Under the pieces are notes generated by a model. That model was not told the origin of the DNA. It did not search any database and saw only the letters and a list, made by a program, of their open reading frames with translations. 64,000 nucleotides of DNA from Anaerolineales bacterium (lineage in GTDB: Bacteria > Chloroflexota > Anaerolineae > Anaerolineales > Villigracilaceae): positions 16,779 to 80,778 of the forward strand of contig JAEURF010000001.1 of NCBI GenBank assembly GCA_016789205.1. The letters run 5' to 3'. Both the position numbers and the translations under genes were made by a program. Within the stretch, counting starts at the first letter, position 1; every line of letters starts with the position of its first letter. Below, in pieces: positions 20,093-30,814 of this stretch.

Positions 20093-20989
20093 ATGGGGGA
20101 AATAACACTTAGACAAGCTCTTGAAGAATACAGAACTATCTATCTTGCTTCCCGTAATTTTGCTGAGAGGACTAGGGTAGAGTACATTAATGATCTTCAA
20201 GACTTAATTAATTTTCTAGAGCAAAGCGGACTAAAAGAAGTAAAAAATGTTGGACTTCCACAACTTGAGCGATTCTTAGCAGAACTTGATAGAAGAGGAC
20301 TTGCAGGATCAACTCGTAAACGCAAAGTTGTTTCAATCCGTTCTTTCTTGTGGTATCTCTATCAAGACGGATATATCAGTGTAAATCTTTCAAAACGTCT
20401 TATTCCACCATTTTCGGAAGCCAATAATCTGCGATATCTATCAAAATCTGAATTTGAACGCTTGCTAAAAGCGTCTTCTGAAAACCCTCGAGATTTTGCA
20501 CTAGTTCAGCTCTTGCTTCAGACCGGTATTAAACTTTCTGAACTTACTCAATTGACTGTTCAAGATGTCGAGCTTCCCGCTGATATTTATCCTGAAATGA
20601 AAAATGTTGGATACCTCCATATATTAGGAAGTAAGACGAAAAAAGGAAGAGTAATACCCTTGAACTCTAAGGTCTGCGTTTCTTTAGCAAATTATTTCAA
20701 TAGAAGAAAAATAGTTTCAAACCAAGCACTATTTATTAATCGGGATGGAGAAACACTAAGCCCAAGAGGTGTAGAAAAAATTGTGCAGAAGTATATGCTC
20801 CAAGCGAGTATTGTTAATGCAAGTGTTCAAAGCCTGAGGCATACTTTTGGAGTCCACCACATCATTGGTGGTGCTACCTTAAAAATGATCAAGGAAGTCA
20901 TGGGGTATAGAGACCTGCGTGCAGTTACTATTTACAGAATAATCGTCAAATACGAGTTTAGTAAGCAGATACAGGAACATGCCTTGTAA
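20093..20989 (+). CDS. XerC/D-like tyrosine recombinase with degenerate active site
   Basis: SAM-like N-terminus (RTRVEYINDL); TGIKLSEL (R>K), VQSLRH (H>Q), MGYRDL (H>Y); Tyr retained in VTIY. Confidence 0.85.
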   Translation: MGEITLRQALEEYRTIYLASRNFAERTRVEYINDLQDLINFLEQSGLKEVKNVGLPQLERFLAELDRRGLAGSTRKRKVVSIRSFLWYLYQDGYISVNLSKRLIPPFSEANNLRYLSKSEFERLLKASSENPRDFALVQLLLQTGIKLSELTQLTVQDVELPADIYPEMKNVGYLHILGSKTKKGRVIPLNSKVCVSLANYFNRRKIVSNQALFINRDGETLSPRGVEKIVQKYMLQASIVNASVQSLRHTFGVHHIIGGATLKMIKEVMGYRDLRAVTIYRIIVKYEFSKQIQEHAL

Positions 20990-21164
20990 ATGACATCTCT
21001 CTTATATACTCGGGTACATTTGAGAAAATTGATTTAGCAATAAAGATATGGGAATAAATATGCTTTCAAACATATATGAAATCAAAGAACATCATTCTAC
21101 ATATCAAATGTTATGATGAAAATATGAATTTTCAAGAGTTAATTAGGATGATATCTAAGACAAA

Positions 21165-21896
21165 CTATATCCGAAATGGATTGAAATCTGTATCATAGTC
21201 ATAGTGATCTATCTGTTCATTTCTTTTGAGGCCGTTTACGATTGCATATGTCAACGGTGTAAAAGCGATCTCTATGGCCACTTTGAAAACATAATTCGTC
21301 AATGTTAGAGTAACAAAGAGAGACCAAGGGAAGACGCCAAACATTGAAGCTACTGCCACGAAAGCTAAAGTGTCCACCAACTCGCCAACTAAGGTACTTC
21401 CAATAGTTCTTGTCCATAGCCAGCGCCCTCGCGTCAAAATTTTCATTTTGGCCAGTATAACTGAATTACTAAATTCGCCCAGCAGGTAACCAGCCAAACT
21501 TGCTAAAACAATTCCACCAGAGCTCATACCTCCTAAAATGGCCGTGAATGCAGAATCACCTGCGTACTGCTGCCAGTTGACTTCCCCTGGTAGCTTGTTA
21601 ACTATCCAAAATGTTGTAGAAGCTATTACAAGACAAAAGAATCCTAGCCAAATTACCCGACGAGAGAGTTGAAAGCCATAAACTTCGACTAAAATATCGC
21701 CAAAAATATAAATAATCGGAAAAAGTAATGTACCAGCATCAAATGCAAGGGGAATACTAAAGATCTTTGTTCCTAAGTCTATGATTTTTGCAGAGGAAGC
21801 AATATTGCTAATAAGTAATACGGCAATAAAAATTGCCAATACAAAGTCAAAATAATAATAAGTCTTTTTCGAATTCAATTTATTTTCCTTTTCCAT
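21165..21896 (-). CDS. yhhQ: Queuosine precursor transporter (YhhQ/Vut_1)
   Basis: SNI..AK, FP..YIFGDILVEVYG, ASLAGYL.GEF.N, W.RTIGST.VGE.VDT and K...E...TP.TY motifs. Confidence 0.93.
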   Translation of the reverse strand: MEKENKLNSKKTYYYFDFVLAIFIAVLLISNIASSAKIIDLGTKIFSIPLAFDAGTLLFPIIYIFGDILVEVYGFQLSRRVIWLGFFCLVIASTTFWIVNKLPGEVNWQQYAGDSAFTAILGGMSSGGIVLASLAGYLLGEFSNSVILAKMKILTRGRWLWTRTIGSTLVGELVDTLAFVAVASMFGVFPWSLFVTLTLTNYVFKVAIEIAFTPLTYAIVNGLKRNEQIDHYDYDTDFNPFRI

Positions 21897-21966
21897 AAAG
21901 ATTTTTTCGAAATTTAGAAAAACAGGATTCGCTGGCGAAATCTATTAAGTCAAAAACCTGAAAACC

Positions 21967-24900
21967 CTAAATAATGTAATCGCTTGGTCGGCGTATGGCA
22001 CGAAATGGATTTAGTTGATTGACTTGATATCCAGGGTTCTGTTGTGCTGCTTCTTGAGTAGCAGTCAAAATATCAGCGTGATTAGCCGTCCATAAAGGGT
22101 GCGCTTCAATTAATATTTTTTGACGAGATGGTTGAACATATCCGTAAAGGGGGCCGAATTTCGTCCGATTCTCATAACCCAATTGTACAAGCATCTTTGG
22201 AAGGGTAATTTCTACCAGTTTTTTCCATGGGTTCACGCTACTTCCCCAATTGCTAACCAAGTCTATTTTCATATTGCCTAGCCCAATTCGAGCCATATCG
22301 AGTGCTAAGCGCCAATCGAGCAAAGGATGATAGCTCATATTTCCATAATCTCGCAAACATTGATTACACGAGACATCACATACATCGCCATGAGGGCTAT
22401 CTAGCCACTTGGCCGCAATGGAGTTAATCGTTGAAGAATCTGCCTGTTCAAGTAACTTTTCAAATTGAGCAGGCTGTCCTAAGAAGGTGCAATATCCAGC
22501 TCCATTTTCTAATTGATCACACAAAAATGCCTCACCGCCTGGTCGATCATTGGAAAGATAAGTTCGAAATCCGGCTTGTAATTCATTCGTGTCAATATCA
22601 AGCTGAACGCAGGCGATCGTCCTTAGCCAAAATGCAAAGGAATACCAGGCTGCTCTACCTTCAACAGTTTGAGGATCTGCATATATACCTTCGGGGAAAT
22701 TATCGATGCCAGCCAATAAAATGTCCGTTGGTCTCTTAGACAGTAAAGCGATTCTCCAGGACATGTTGTCATCGATTCGTACAGGTTTATAAATGGGATC
22801 AGTTGGATATTCTGGCCTGATGGAATATGCTCCACTTCCTTCGTTCTTTTTTCTTGAAACCGTTGCTGTATAAAAATCAAAACCACCTACACCCCCGTTG
22901 TCATTAATCGAAACAATCTGATTCTTGAACGACTTGATATTGGTATTTCGAACGATGGTAGGTGATTGATCTGCATCGAAGTACATAGATGGATGAGTCG
23001 ATCTTGCCATCCATTCAAACTGCCCTTCAAAATCTGTTGGAACCTGATCAGTAAAAAATCCTCGAGGTTCTCTGGCATCTATCGGACGCAAAGTGTTACT
23101 CTTACACACTGGACAAGTTTGTAGCGGAGGTATTACACCACCACTGAAAGGGATAGGAGACGGACCAACTTTAGTAACCGCAGAACAGGAGTTACAGATT
23201 CCAATAATTTCCGAGTTCCCTTCACTCAAGCTAGGTGTCAAGCCAGGCTTGACTGCCACAATTGGACCATTTGGTTGCAGCTCAACCACTCCTACTGCTG
23301 TGTGAACTGCTTTATCTTTAACCGTCTGTGAGCCAGGTGCAAATTGTGATATTGCGATATCCAAATCACGATCAACAACGCCCCATTCAGGTGGCCAAGG
23401 TTGGGATGAATAAGGCCATATTGTATAAAGAGGTCTTACTCGAGTTGGGAAACCAAACATTGGTAATAAGCCTGCGTTGGCAAGCCTTTCGCTTAAAGCC
23501 GTTTGAATATAGCTTGAACTAGTAGATGTCTCATCGATAATTTTTACAAGCTCTGTTCTTAAGTAAGTTACCATTTCGTCCCGGAAATTCTTGAAGTTTT
23601 GGTTTAATCCCCATTCAGTTTGTACGCTCAGGGCATCAATAATATTTTCAAGAATTCCTTCATTTGCCGAGTCGTTAAACCAGTTGAGTACTCTCTCTCG
23701 ATGAACAGGAATCCAATCAGTTGACAATCCAAATTCTCCGTGCACGCTATCTGCGCCATTGGCAGTTTGTGCGATCTGGCTAGCGATACCAGTAGACTTA
23801 AATGCCAACCGAAGCGTTTCTTTGACCAGAACTCGTCTGAAAATACTTTCACTTTTGTTGCTCACATCAATATAGGGGACAGGTGGGGCATCACCTGTGA
23901 TGCTTTCCAAGTGCTGAAAATAATAATCATCATGACTACGTCCACGACAAAACGTGATTGCGAAGGATACGCCCGTACCTCGTCGTCCAGCTCGTCCAAC
24001 ACGTTGCTGATAATTAAATCTTCGAGGCGGCATATTAGAAAGCATTACCGCTAATAGAGATCCGATATCCACACCGGCTTCCATTGTCGTCGTCACACTT
24101 AGTAAATCAACAGATTGAACAGCACTGATTTCACCGTGAACAAAAATATCCTGGAACCATCTCTGACGATCGGGGCGAGTATTCTTGTCTGTTTGCCCGG
24201 TCAACTCCTCACAATTCATACGAAAAGGTTTACCTGATTGCTCTGATAAATAAGTATAGTAATCAAAATTTAATGGAACGGGGGCTTTCTCAAGTTTTAT
24301 CTGACGTTTGCAATCTATGCATATGCCTGTAGCTTCATGTAAATAGAAGGCATGACATGATGGACATCTCCAGCCAGTTAATCTTTCCTCTATTATTTTC
24401 TTTGGTTCTAAAATGAATAATTGTGCTGGATTAATCACCATATTGCTTAATGATGGAATGCCTACGCCAGCTTTTATCAATTCTTGATGAACTTCTTTAT
24501 CAGAAATCCCGACATTGCTTAAATGTTTTAATAAATAGCTCGGCAATGTCGTATCGTTCCCTGGCCAGTACGATGATTTAGCATAAAGGTGTCGTCGTCG
24601 AATACCTAACATACGTATTGTCAGATCTGCTGCCTCAATAATTTTCTGAGTAGGAGTTTGGTTATCTCCTGAACGGAAGGTAACACGACCCTGTCCTAGA
24701 CCTTCAATTGTTCGCGCGGCATGAGGAAATAAGGCGTACATTAACTCCGCTCTCAAGGCAGAATGAATATCTTTGAGATGTTGATCTCTGCCAGCATCCG
24801 AAGGCTCACTAATTGGAAGAATAGTATCCTGATTGTTCCAGTCATAGCAGTCGTACCAAGGTTTTTTCTTCTTTTCCGATTCAAAAACAAGAATTTCCTG

Positions 24901-27753
24901 ACTCACGCCTCCCGGGTTAACGCCGAGTTTTAACAATTGGGTAGACAAAGAAATAGCTAAGCGATCCAGCGAAATTTTTCCTGGGTAGTCTTCAAGGAGT
25001 GCAAGCCATGACTTTCTTGCTGTTAAATTAACTCCTGAAACATTCAACCACCAAGTTAGCGCTTCTGTCAATAAATCGCTGTGACTTTCAGAAAATTTTT
25101 GCCGTGCTAAGCTATCCACCGCCGCGGTAGATTCACTTTGTAGAGCCTCAAAAATTTCAGGGTTTATCGCTTGTAGGGATGACGGTATGGGACCCATTGA
25201 TTTCAGCGTACGTAGAAAACCAATTAAATCACTCCAATAGGTCCTAAGTGACTGTATTAGGGCCATGCGAATTAGATCTCTGTAATGATCTCGTTGCATA
25301 CCTGCTGCTAGCTTTGCTGCATCTTGACGGCTATCCGAGAATATAACAAGTTTTCTGTTTGATCTAGCTCCCGTTTGATTGGCTTCAGGCATTTCGCGCA
25401 TTAACCCCCCGGCCAATACTTGTGCAGCTTTTTGAAATCCAGTGCGATGGTTCCTTAGGGGAGTAGGATTATTTTCATGTTTTGAAAAATCTGTCTCGCA
25501 ACGGGGACAACGAGTTGGGAATGCAGATTCCTCTTTAACTTTTTCAGTATTTGTGTTTCTTGTAATTTTAAGTGTGTAAGTCCAACCTTCTCTACCATCC
25601 TCTGGATTTTTACCTTTAGTATTTTTAACCAACAGACCTGACGTAGGATCTAGCTGGGCTTTAACCCAAGCTCGGTCAAAATCGCCTTGTTTATAAACAT
25701 GAATTGGAGCTGTCTGCCAGTCATTGGGCCAGAAAAGAGCATAATCTGTGTACTTTCGTCTAGTGCTTATTTTATCTGGTACACCTTCTAAATTAATTTC
25801 GTCTGCGGTTATGACGTCTGTAGATTGTCCAATATTTTGTCGATATCCACCAAGAAAAATATCTCCACATACTTCGCAAACAATTAAATCTAAAACTCTT
25901 GAGCCACAAGCATCACATGTTAGCCTATGTGATGCATAGACCGCTCCTACAGACGGTTTCGGATCCTGTCGATCTGCACATGAAGGATGAGAACAGTCGG
26001 GATTGCTGCAAACCCACAAATTCTGTAGATTATGGAAGAATAAATGTCCACGGACAGGTTGGGCCGAAGCTTTATTTTCCCTATTCTGTGAAAACGCCAA
26101 TGCTAACAAGAATCCACGCATAGCTGGCGAGACTAGTTCTGTGGAAACAGAATCGTTCGATGAATAATCAAATAATACCTTGTCTAGATCTGTAATCTTT
26201 GTTGGTCTTACCGTTTCATCTTTGTGAAGGCTCTGGCTCGCATCTCTTAAAATATCAGCAGCAGTGACAAATCCATCCGCCGTTGCACCTAGTTTATTTA
26301 GGGCTTCGGCAAGTTTTATTTTGGGCTCAACTCGATCATTGCTAGGATACTTTAGCTCCATGGCTAGATCCGATATGGCCAGAGGATTTTCGAAGGGAGG
26401 ACTCATTGGGTCTAGAGGATCTGGTTGAATTTTTGCGGCGAAATTTTCGAAGGCTCTTTGGTGTTGTCTTAGAACAAATCGGGCGTTTTTTCTGGGAGGC
26501 TCTTGTTCGCCTTTAATAAATTCAAAATTATCACGTCCAAAGAATTCTTGGAGGAATTTTTTGCCTTCATTTGAATTATCCAAGCTGGCTGAAGTAGCCA
26601 ATATGCGCAATTGCTTAGATTCAGGATCTAAGCCAAGACGGTTTAACAACAGACGAAGTATATAGGCAACTTCTGTTCCAGGGGTTCCACGATAAGAATG
26701 TAGTTCGTCGATAATCAGATGAAACAATCTTTCGGGCTTCCCGCTTTCTTTGCCAGGATCTTCCATAAGCCATTGCCGGGTAGAATCAAAGATTGAATCC
26801 TCTATGCTCCGCATAAGCATGATATTTAGCATTGAATAATTTGTAATTAGGATATCGGGGGGTGTCTGTTGAATATCCCAACGAGACCACATTTCCCCAC
26901 TCATGGGATCAGGGAAATACCATTGCATTTCGGATGTGGCCTCATCGTCAGGGTTTGCATCTACTACATCTATGATTTTCCTATAAGACTCATCGACCTT
27001 GTTAAGTTCCCGCCTCAACCGACTTAGTGTAGTAGAGTTTTCAGGGCCTGGAACCGATGTAAGCGATGTATATCTCCCATAGGTAATCCTGTTTCCACCA
27101 CGATCACGATCCAACCAATTAGTAATTTCTGTAGAGGAAAGGGTTTGGCGTAAACGCCTTAACTGGTCCTCGACCAGCGCGTTTAATGGATACAAGATTA
27201 GCCCGCGCACTGCGGCTGGACGGTTCATATGTTCCCATTGTTTGACTCGATTTGCACCGGCTTTGCGCCACCACTCTCTAGTTGATGATGGACGTGATGC
27301 GTTGGGCCAAATCATAGATTCATTTGCTATTTGGGCCAACAAAGGCAAAAGGAAAGCTTCTGTCTTTCCTGAGCCAGTTCCTGTAGTTACCACAACATCT
27401 TTGGAATCTATTACGCTCGCTTTTAAGGCGTCCCATTGATGCTGATATAAAGGACGCGAAGACGGGAATAGCGTTTTTGCAAGGTTTTTAAGATCGGAAT
27501 AACCCGCGGGAAGACCTGCCTCTATTAATTCGGCACTCGCTTGATCTATGTCTATATCCCCATTTGTACTTCTGGCAGCTGCATATACAGGTACCGTCTC
27601 CAGTAAAGGAACCTGGCTCAATGTTCCAAGCTTTCTCAAAAGTTCATCTCGCTCGTTTATAAGTGTTTCATCACGTAGCGGAAAAGCACTTTTGATATAC
27701 ATTCGGTAAATCTTTTCGAGGCGCAGATAAGTACCAACTACATCATGTAACAT
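21967..27753 (-). CDS. Giant SF2 DEAD/DEAH helicase with C-terminal DUF1998/MrfA Zn domain (DruE/DpdJ-like)
   Basis: LYQHQ, TGTGSGKTE, YPLNALVEDQ, TNYSML, DELH, SAS, FSDSRQDAA, TTTMEAGVDIG, QRVGRAGR, several CxxC and CDVSCNQCL; GGAG RBS before ATG 27753. Confidence 0.92.
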   Translation of the reverse strand: MLHDVVGTYLRLEKIYRMYIKSAFPLRDETLINERDELLRKLGTLSQVPLLETVPVYAAARSTNGDIDIDQASAELIEAGLPAGYSDLKNLAKTLFPSSRPLYQHQWDALKASVIDSKDVVVTTGTGSGKTEAFLLPLLAQIANESMIWPNASRPSSTREWWRKAGANRVKQWEHMNRPAAVRGLILYPLNALVEDQLRRLRQTLSSTEITNWLDRDRGGNRITYGRYTSLTSVPGPENSTTLSRLRRELNKVDESYRKIIDVVDANPDDEATSEMQWYFPDPMSGEMWSRWDIQQTPPDILITNYSMLNIMLMRSIEDSIFDSTRQWLMEDPGKESGKPERLFHLIIDELHSYRGTPGTEVAYILRLLLNRLGLDPESKQLRILATSASLDNSNEGKKFLQEFFGRDNFEFIKGEQEPPRKNARFVLRQHQRAFENFAAKIQPDPLDPMSPPFENPLAISDLAMELKYPSNDRVEPKIKLAEALNKLGATADGFVTAADILRDASQSLHKDETVRPTKITDLDKVLFDYSSNDSVSTELVSPAMRGFLLALAFSQNRENKASAQPVRGHLFFHNLQNLWVCSNPDCSHPSCADRQDPKPSVGAVYASHRLTCDACGSRVLDLIVCEVCGDIFLGGYRQNIGQSTDVITADEINLEGVPDKISTRRKYTDYALFWPNDWQTAPIHVYKQGDFDRAWVKAQLDPTSGLLVKNTKGKNPEDGREGWTYTLKITRNTNTEKVKEESAFPTRCPRCETDFSKHENNPTPLRNHRTGFQKAAQVLAGGLMREMPEANQTGARSNRKLVIFSDSRQDAAKLAAGMQRDHYRDLIRMALIQSLRTYWSDLIGFLRTLKSMGPIPSSLQAINPEIFEALQSESTAAVDSLARQKFSESHSDLLTEALTWWLNVSGVNLTARKSWLALLEDYPGKISLDRLAISLSTQLLKLGVNPGGVSQEILVFESEKKKKPWYDCYDWNNQDTILPISEPSDAGRDQHLKDIHSALRAELMYALFPHAARTIEGLGQGRVTFRSGDNQTPTQKIIEAADLTIRMLGIRRRHLYAKSSYWPGNDTTLPSYLLKHLSNVGISDKEVHQELIKAGVGIPSLSNMVINPAQLFILEPKKIIEERLTGWRCPSCHAFYLHEATGICIDCKRQIKLEKAPVPLNFDYYTYLSEQSGKPFRMNCEELTGQTDKNTRPDRQRWFQDIFVHGEISAVQSVDLLSVTTTMEAGVDIGSLLAVMLSNMPPRRFNYQQRVGRAGRRGTGVSFAITFCRGRSHDDYYFQHLESITGDAPPVPYIDVSNKSESIFRRVLVKETLRLAFKSTGIASQIAQTANGADSVHGEFGLSTDWIPVHRERVLNWFNDSANEGILENIIDALSVQTEWGLNQNFKNFRDEMVTYLRTELVKIIDETSTSSSYIQTALSERLANAGLLPMFGFPTRVRPLYTIWPYSSQPWPPEWGVVDRDLDIAISQFAPGSQTVKDKAVHTAVGVVELQPNGPIVAVKPGLTPSLSEGNSEIIGICNSCSAVTKVGPSPIPFSGGVIPPLQTCPVCKSNTLRPIDAREPRGFFTDQVPTDFEGQFEWMARSTHPSMYFDADQSPTIVRNTNIKSFKNQIVSINDNGGVGGFDFYTATVSRKKNEGSGAYSIRPEYPTDPIYKPVRIDDNMSWRIALLSKRPTDILLAGIDNFPEGIYADPQTVEGRAAWYSFAFWLRTIACVQLDIDTNELQAGFRTYLSNDRPGGEAFLCDQLENGAGYCTFLGQPAQFEKLLEQADSSTINSIAAKWLDSPHGDVCDVSCNQCLRDYGNMSYHPLLDWRLALDMARIGLGNMKIDLVSNWGSSVNPWKKLVEITLPKMLVQLGYENRTKFGPLYGYVQPSRQKILIEAHPLWTANHADILTATQEAAQQNPGYQVNQLNPFRAIRRPSDYII

Positions 27754-29086
27754 CGTTTCTCCGATCAATACGTGCACCTAATTTGGCAGCAATGAGTTCA
27801 GCTAGGGATAAAGATACATTCTTGTAAATTATCCCATCCTTATGAATTGTGGGCAATTCTCCAGATGCTAAAATTAATGATCTTTCGTATATATCTGGAA
27901 TACGATCGCCTATGGGTATATAGAAATAATTTTCGGGATAAGCATGAATGAAAATTGGAATGCGTTCCAAGTGTCGATTCGCTAAGTACCTGAGTCCGTA
28001 CCAGTCTCCCTGAAACCATTTGCCTTGACCTGGGTCAAAAAAGTAATAATAATCAACTGGGATACCGTCCACGTTATGATGGGTTAATTTATACATCCCA
28101 AATTCATCAGGAGACTTTACCCATTTCGAGAAATCTTTTCCCGTCCACTTTAGGATTTTATAGAGTTCTGGAAATATGGAGATTTCTCTCAGAAAACTCT
28201 GTTGCCAGCCTTGAATGTTAGGTAGCAAATCCGCTATTTTCTTAGACATATTTCCAAGCAACATGAGTTGCGTATTGAGCTGTCGCGAAATTTCAGGGAG
28301 TAGAGTCTGAACTTCAAGATTCGACTTGAAACTGATGAAGACACTATCTGGTGCTCCAAGGTTACTTTGAGCAGTTACCTCTTGATTTCGAAACGAATTT
28401 ATTAAATTTGGAGACTGCCCACCTGCGATAAAATATTTGTGATCCTGATCTTCACTTTCAATCTTAACAAGACAGGATGGGGCAATGGTCCAGTGTCCCT
28501 CGTCAATATACTCGCTATGTCCTAAAGACCGTAATCGGCGAAAAAGAAATCTTGGTTCGTTGGCTTTTTCCAATTTTAGTTCCTTACAAGCAGACCGATA
28601 ACCTTGCCAACTTCCGTTTCCGTGGGCTGATAACCAATATAATAGATGGTTGTAAGATTGCCTCGCTTTTTCGTCTGGAACAGGTTCTTCAGACAGATCA
28701 AAAGGGTTGTAATCGATAGAAGTTTCAATTGCCTGAGGCATCCATTCAGCAAGTTGACGTGTATAGGCAATTTCTCTAAATCTTTGAAGCCAATGCTTCT
28801 TGAAATCCTCTTGAAAAATACATTCACTAGCGGGGAATATATTAATATGTTGTAAGCGTAACCACTTTTCCAACTCGATAATTTCTGATGGAGGCTGTCC
28901 AATTACCTCACTATTTATCGCGATAAAAAAATATAATTCATCTGGCCGTTTTGTTTTTGTTGGTTCTGTACAGATTCTAGGAGCATATTGCCCGAGATTC
29001 CTCTTTTTAATCTCCTTAACAACCTTATCTGCTATAGCAGTTGGTGTCCCGCGCGTTCTGTAACCTCGATACCATAACTCATCCAT
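27743..29086 (-). CDS. Hypothetical defence protein (position and size like Druantia DruD)
   Basis: 447 aa, overlaps the helicase start; LLYWLSA.G.GSW, LRSLGHSE and WTIAP segments; the family match is an inference. Confidence 0.7.
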   Translation of the reverse strand: MDELWYRGYRTRGTPTAIADKVVKEIKKRNLGQYAPRICTEPTKTKRPDELYFFIAINSEVIGQPPSEIIELEKWLRLQHINIFPASECIFQEDFKKHWLQRFREIAYTRQLAEWMPQAIETSIDYNPFDLSEEPVPDEKARQSYNHLLYWLSAHGNGSWQGYRSACKELKLEKANEPRFLFRRLRSLGHSEYIDEGHWTIAPSCLVKIESEDQDHKYFIAGGQSPNLINSFRNQEVTAQSNLGAPDSVFISFKSNLEVQTLLPEISRQLNTQLMLLGNMSKKIADLLPNIQGWQQSFLREISIFPELYKILKWTGKDFSKWVKSPDEFGMYKLTHHNVDGIPVDYYYFFDPGQGKWFQGDWYGLRYLANRHLERIPIFIHAYPENYFYIPIGDRIPDIYERSLILASGELPTIHKDGIIYKNVSLSLAELIAAKLGARIDRRNDVT

Positions 29087-29092
29087 ACTCTT

Positions 29093-30796
29093 CTATCCCT
29101 CCTTAACCCATGCACCAAATATGGATTGATTCTCCATTTGTATTGATCCATGTTTTTCCGGCGTCGACAATGTAATAGCGTCCCAGTCTATAATGGCTAC
29201 TTGTCGTTCTCTGCCAGAATCAGAGTCGGATTCAGATCTTGCTCGAATTAGGTAGCGGCCAGGCACATCCCATTTGGGTTGCTTCTTATCATTAGAATTT
29301 ACAGTAAAACTTTCATAAACTTCGTCCTCACCAACTCTAATAATCTGTAGTTCAAGGTCTCTTTCGAATGTAAAAATTGTAATCTCAGGTCCGTGATTGA
29401 CGAGCCAGGCATTGGTATTGGGATCTTTCAGTCCACCATTTAAGGAAATAGTCGTCGAGTTTCGAGGTCGCAGTTGGTTTAATAAATTTTTTTGTGCGAT
29501 GGAGACACCGGTCCAAGCATCACTAACGACTACAAGATCGGAAAACTCCAACCAAGCACCTATTTCTTTCGGGGTTTTCGACCAAACCAGTAATCCTTCA
29601 TTTTTCAAGACTTTGAGGTCGGTTTCAAGCTCCTTTTTTGCAAGTAGCAGGAAAGGGATACCTAATTCGGGCCTTTCCTCCCATGAAGCAAATATTCCGG
29701 AATCACGGAATTCCGGGTCGGGCAATAAAATCCAAAAATCTCTTTTTGGCAAAATTAATTTATTGGCTACACGGCTACTATTTGTAATTAATTCCAATCC
29801 CTTCTCGATTTCATCAATCGCAATATTCCACTTCAAGGTCTCAAACCAACCAGGCCTATCTACAATTAGTGCTGCATTTTCGCTTTTAAATGTAACTGTT
29901 ATCTCTATATCTTGAATGGATCGCTTCGGCTGTTTAGGTAGCAGATAAAATTGTGATTCATTTGAACGAAAATTCTCAGTTCGATACAAACCCATCAGCA
30001 GAGGGTTACTAAAAGTGTCTCTAAACGCTTCAGTGCGTTCGGATTGCTTTCCACTTGCCACCCACATTCCAAAAACCTCGAATATCGCATCCGCCAGCGC
30101 TTCATATCTTTGAGAGCCAAGTTTTCCATCTACTTCTATCAGCTCTTGCAAATATTTAGTCAGATAATTGAAATCATGACGCAGTTTCAGGATGATTTCA
30201 TCTTTATCCAAAAAATCAGGATATTTGTTTTGATAGTTGCTAAAAAAGTTCCATAATGAATCTTTATCTGACTGTCTGAGCAGCGGTTGGGATCTGGCGT
30301 ATGTAAAATATCGCTCACCACGCATCGAAGCTGTGGGTTCATAACCATTAACTCTTAGCCAGTTATTCCAATTTTCCCATAAGCTTTTCTCTGCTCCACC
30401 TTCCATTGCTGATGGCCTGCCTTGATCAACCGGAAGGCCCAACATTGAATTAAAGTGATAGAAGTAATCCCCTCTAGCAACGCCTTGATCAACATTATCA
30501 CCCATACGATAAGCTGCAAGTACCATAAAGCAAAGAAACCCAAAGTATGGGGGAGTTTGGTGATGTTGTTCCTGAAAGATAATGGGCTCTACAGATAAAT
30601 GGTTTAAACGAACATTATTATTACGTATGCAGCGTTCCTGTATTACTTCGAGAAAATTGCCCGGTAAGGTGTTCAACGTGCCGGAAATGAAATTAATCGC
30701 TTCATCGTCAATTGCCAAGTAAATACGGGATCCTCGAGGCATCCCTGAAATTACATATTTTAACAATGCTTCATTCCACTCTTCATAACTAGCCAT
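29093..30796 (-). CDS. Hypothetical defence protein (position and size like Druantia DruC)
   Basis: 567 aa, 6 nt upstream of the next gene; YEEWNEAL and YARSQPLLR segments; the family match is an inference. Confidence 0.7.
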   Translation of the reverse strand: MASYEEWNEALLKYVISGMPRGSRIYLAIDDEAINFISGTLNTLPGNFLEVIQERCIRNNNVRLNHLSVEPIIFQEQHHQTPPYFGFLCFMVLAAYRMGDNVDQGVARGDYFYHFNSMLGLPVDQGRPSAMEGGAEKSLWENWNNWLRVNGYEPTASMRGERYFTYARSQPLLRQSDKDSLWNFFSNYQNKYPDFLDKDEIILKLRHDFNYLTKYLQELIEVDGKLGSQRYEALADAIFEVFGMWVASGKQSERTEAFRDTFSNPLLMGLYRTENFRSNESQFYLLPKQPKRSIQDIEITVTFKSENAALIVDRPGWFETLKWNIAIDEIEKGLELITNSSRVANKLILPKRDFWILLPDPEFRDSGIFASWEERPELGIPFLLLAKKELETDLKVLKNEGLLVWSKTPKEIGAWLEFSDLVVVSDAWTGVSIAQKNLLNQLRPRNSTTISLNGGLKDPNTNAWLVNHGPEITIFTFERDLELQIIRVGEDEVYESFTVNSNDKKQPKWDVPGRYLIRARSESDSDSGRERQVAIIDWDAITLSTPEKHGSIQMENQSIFGAWVKEG

Positions 30797-30814
30797 GTAG
30801 GTCCTTTTACAAAT

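Noticed and set aside
21897-21966. preQ1 riboswitch upstream of yhhQ
   Set aside because: No recognisable preQ1-I stem with GTTC loop and A-rich tail in the 70-nt gap; an Rfam scan would confirm.
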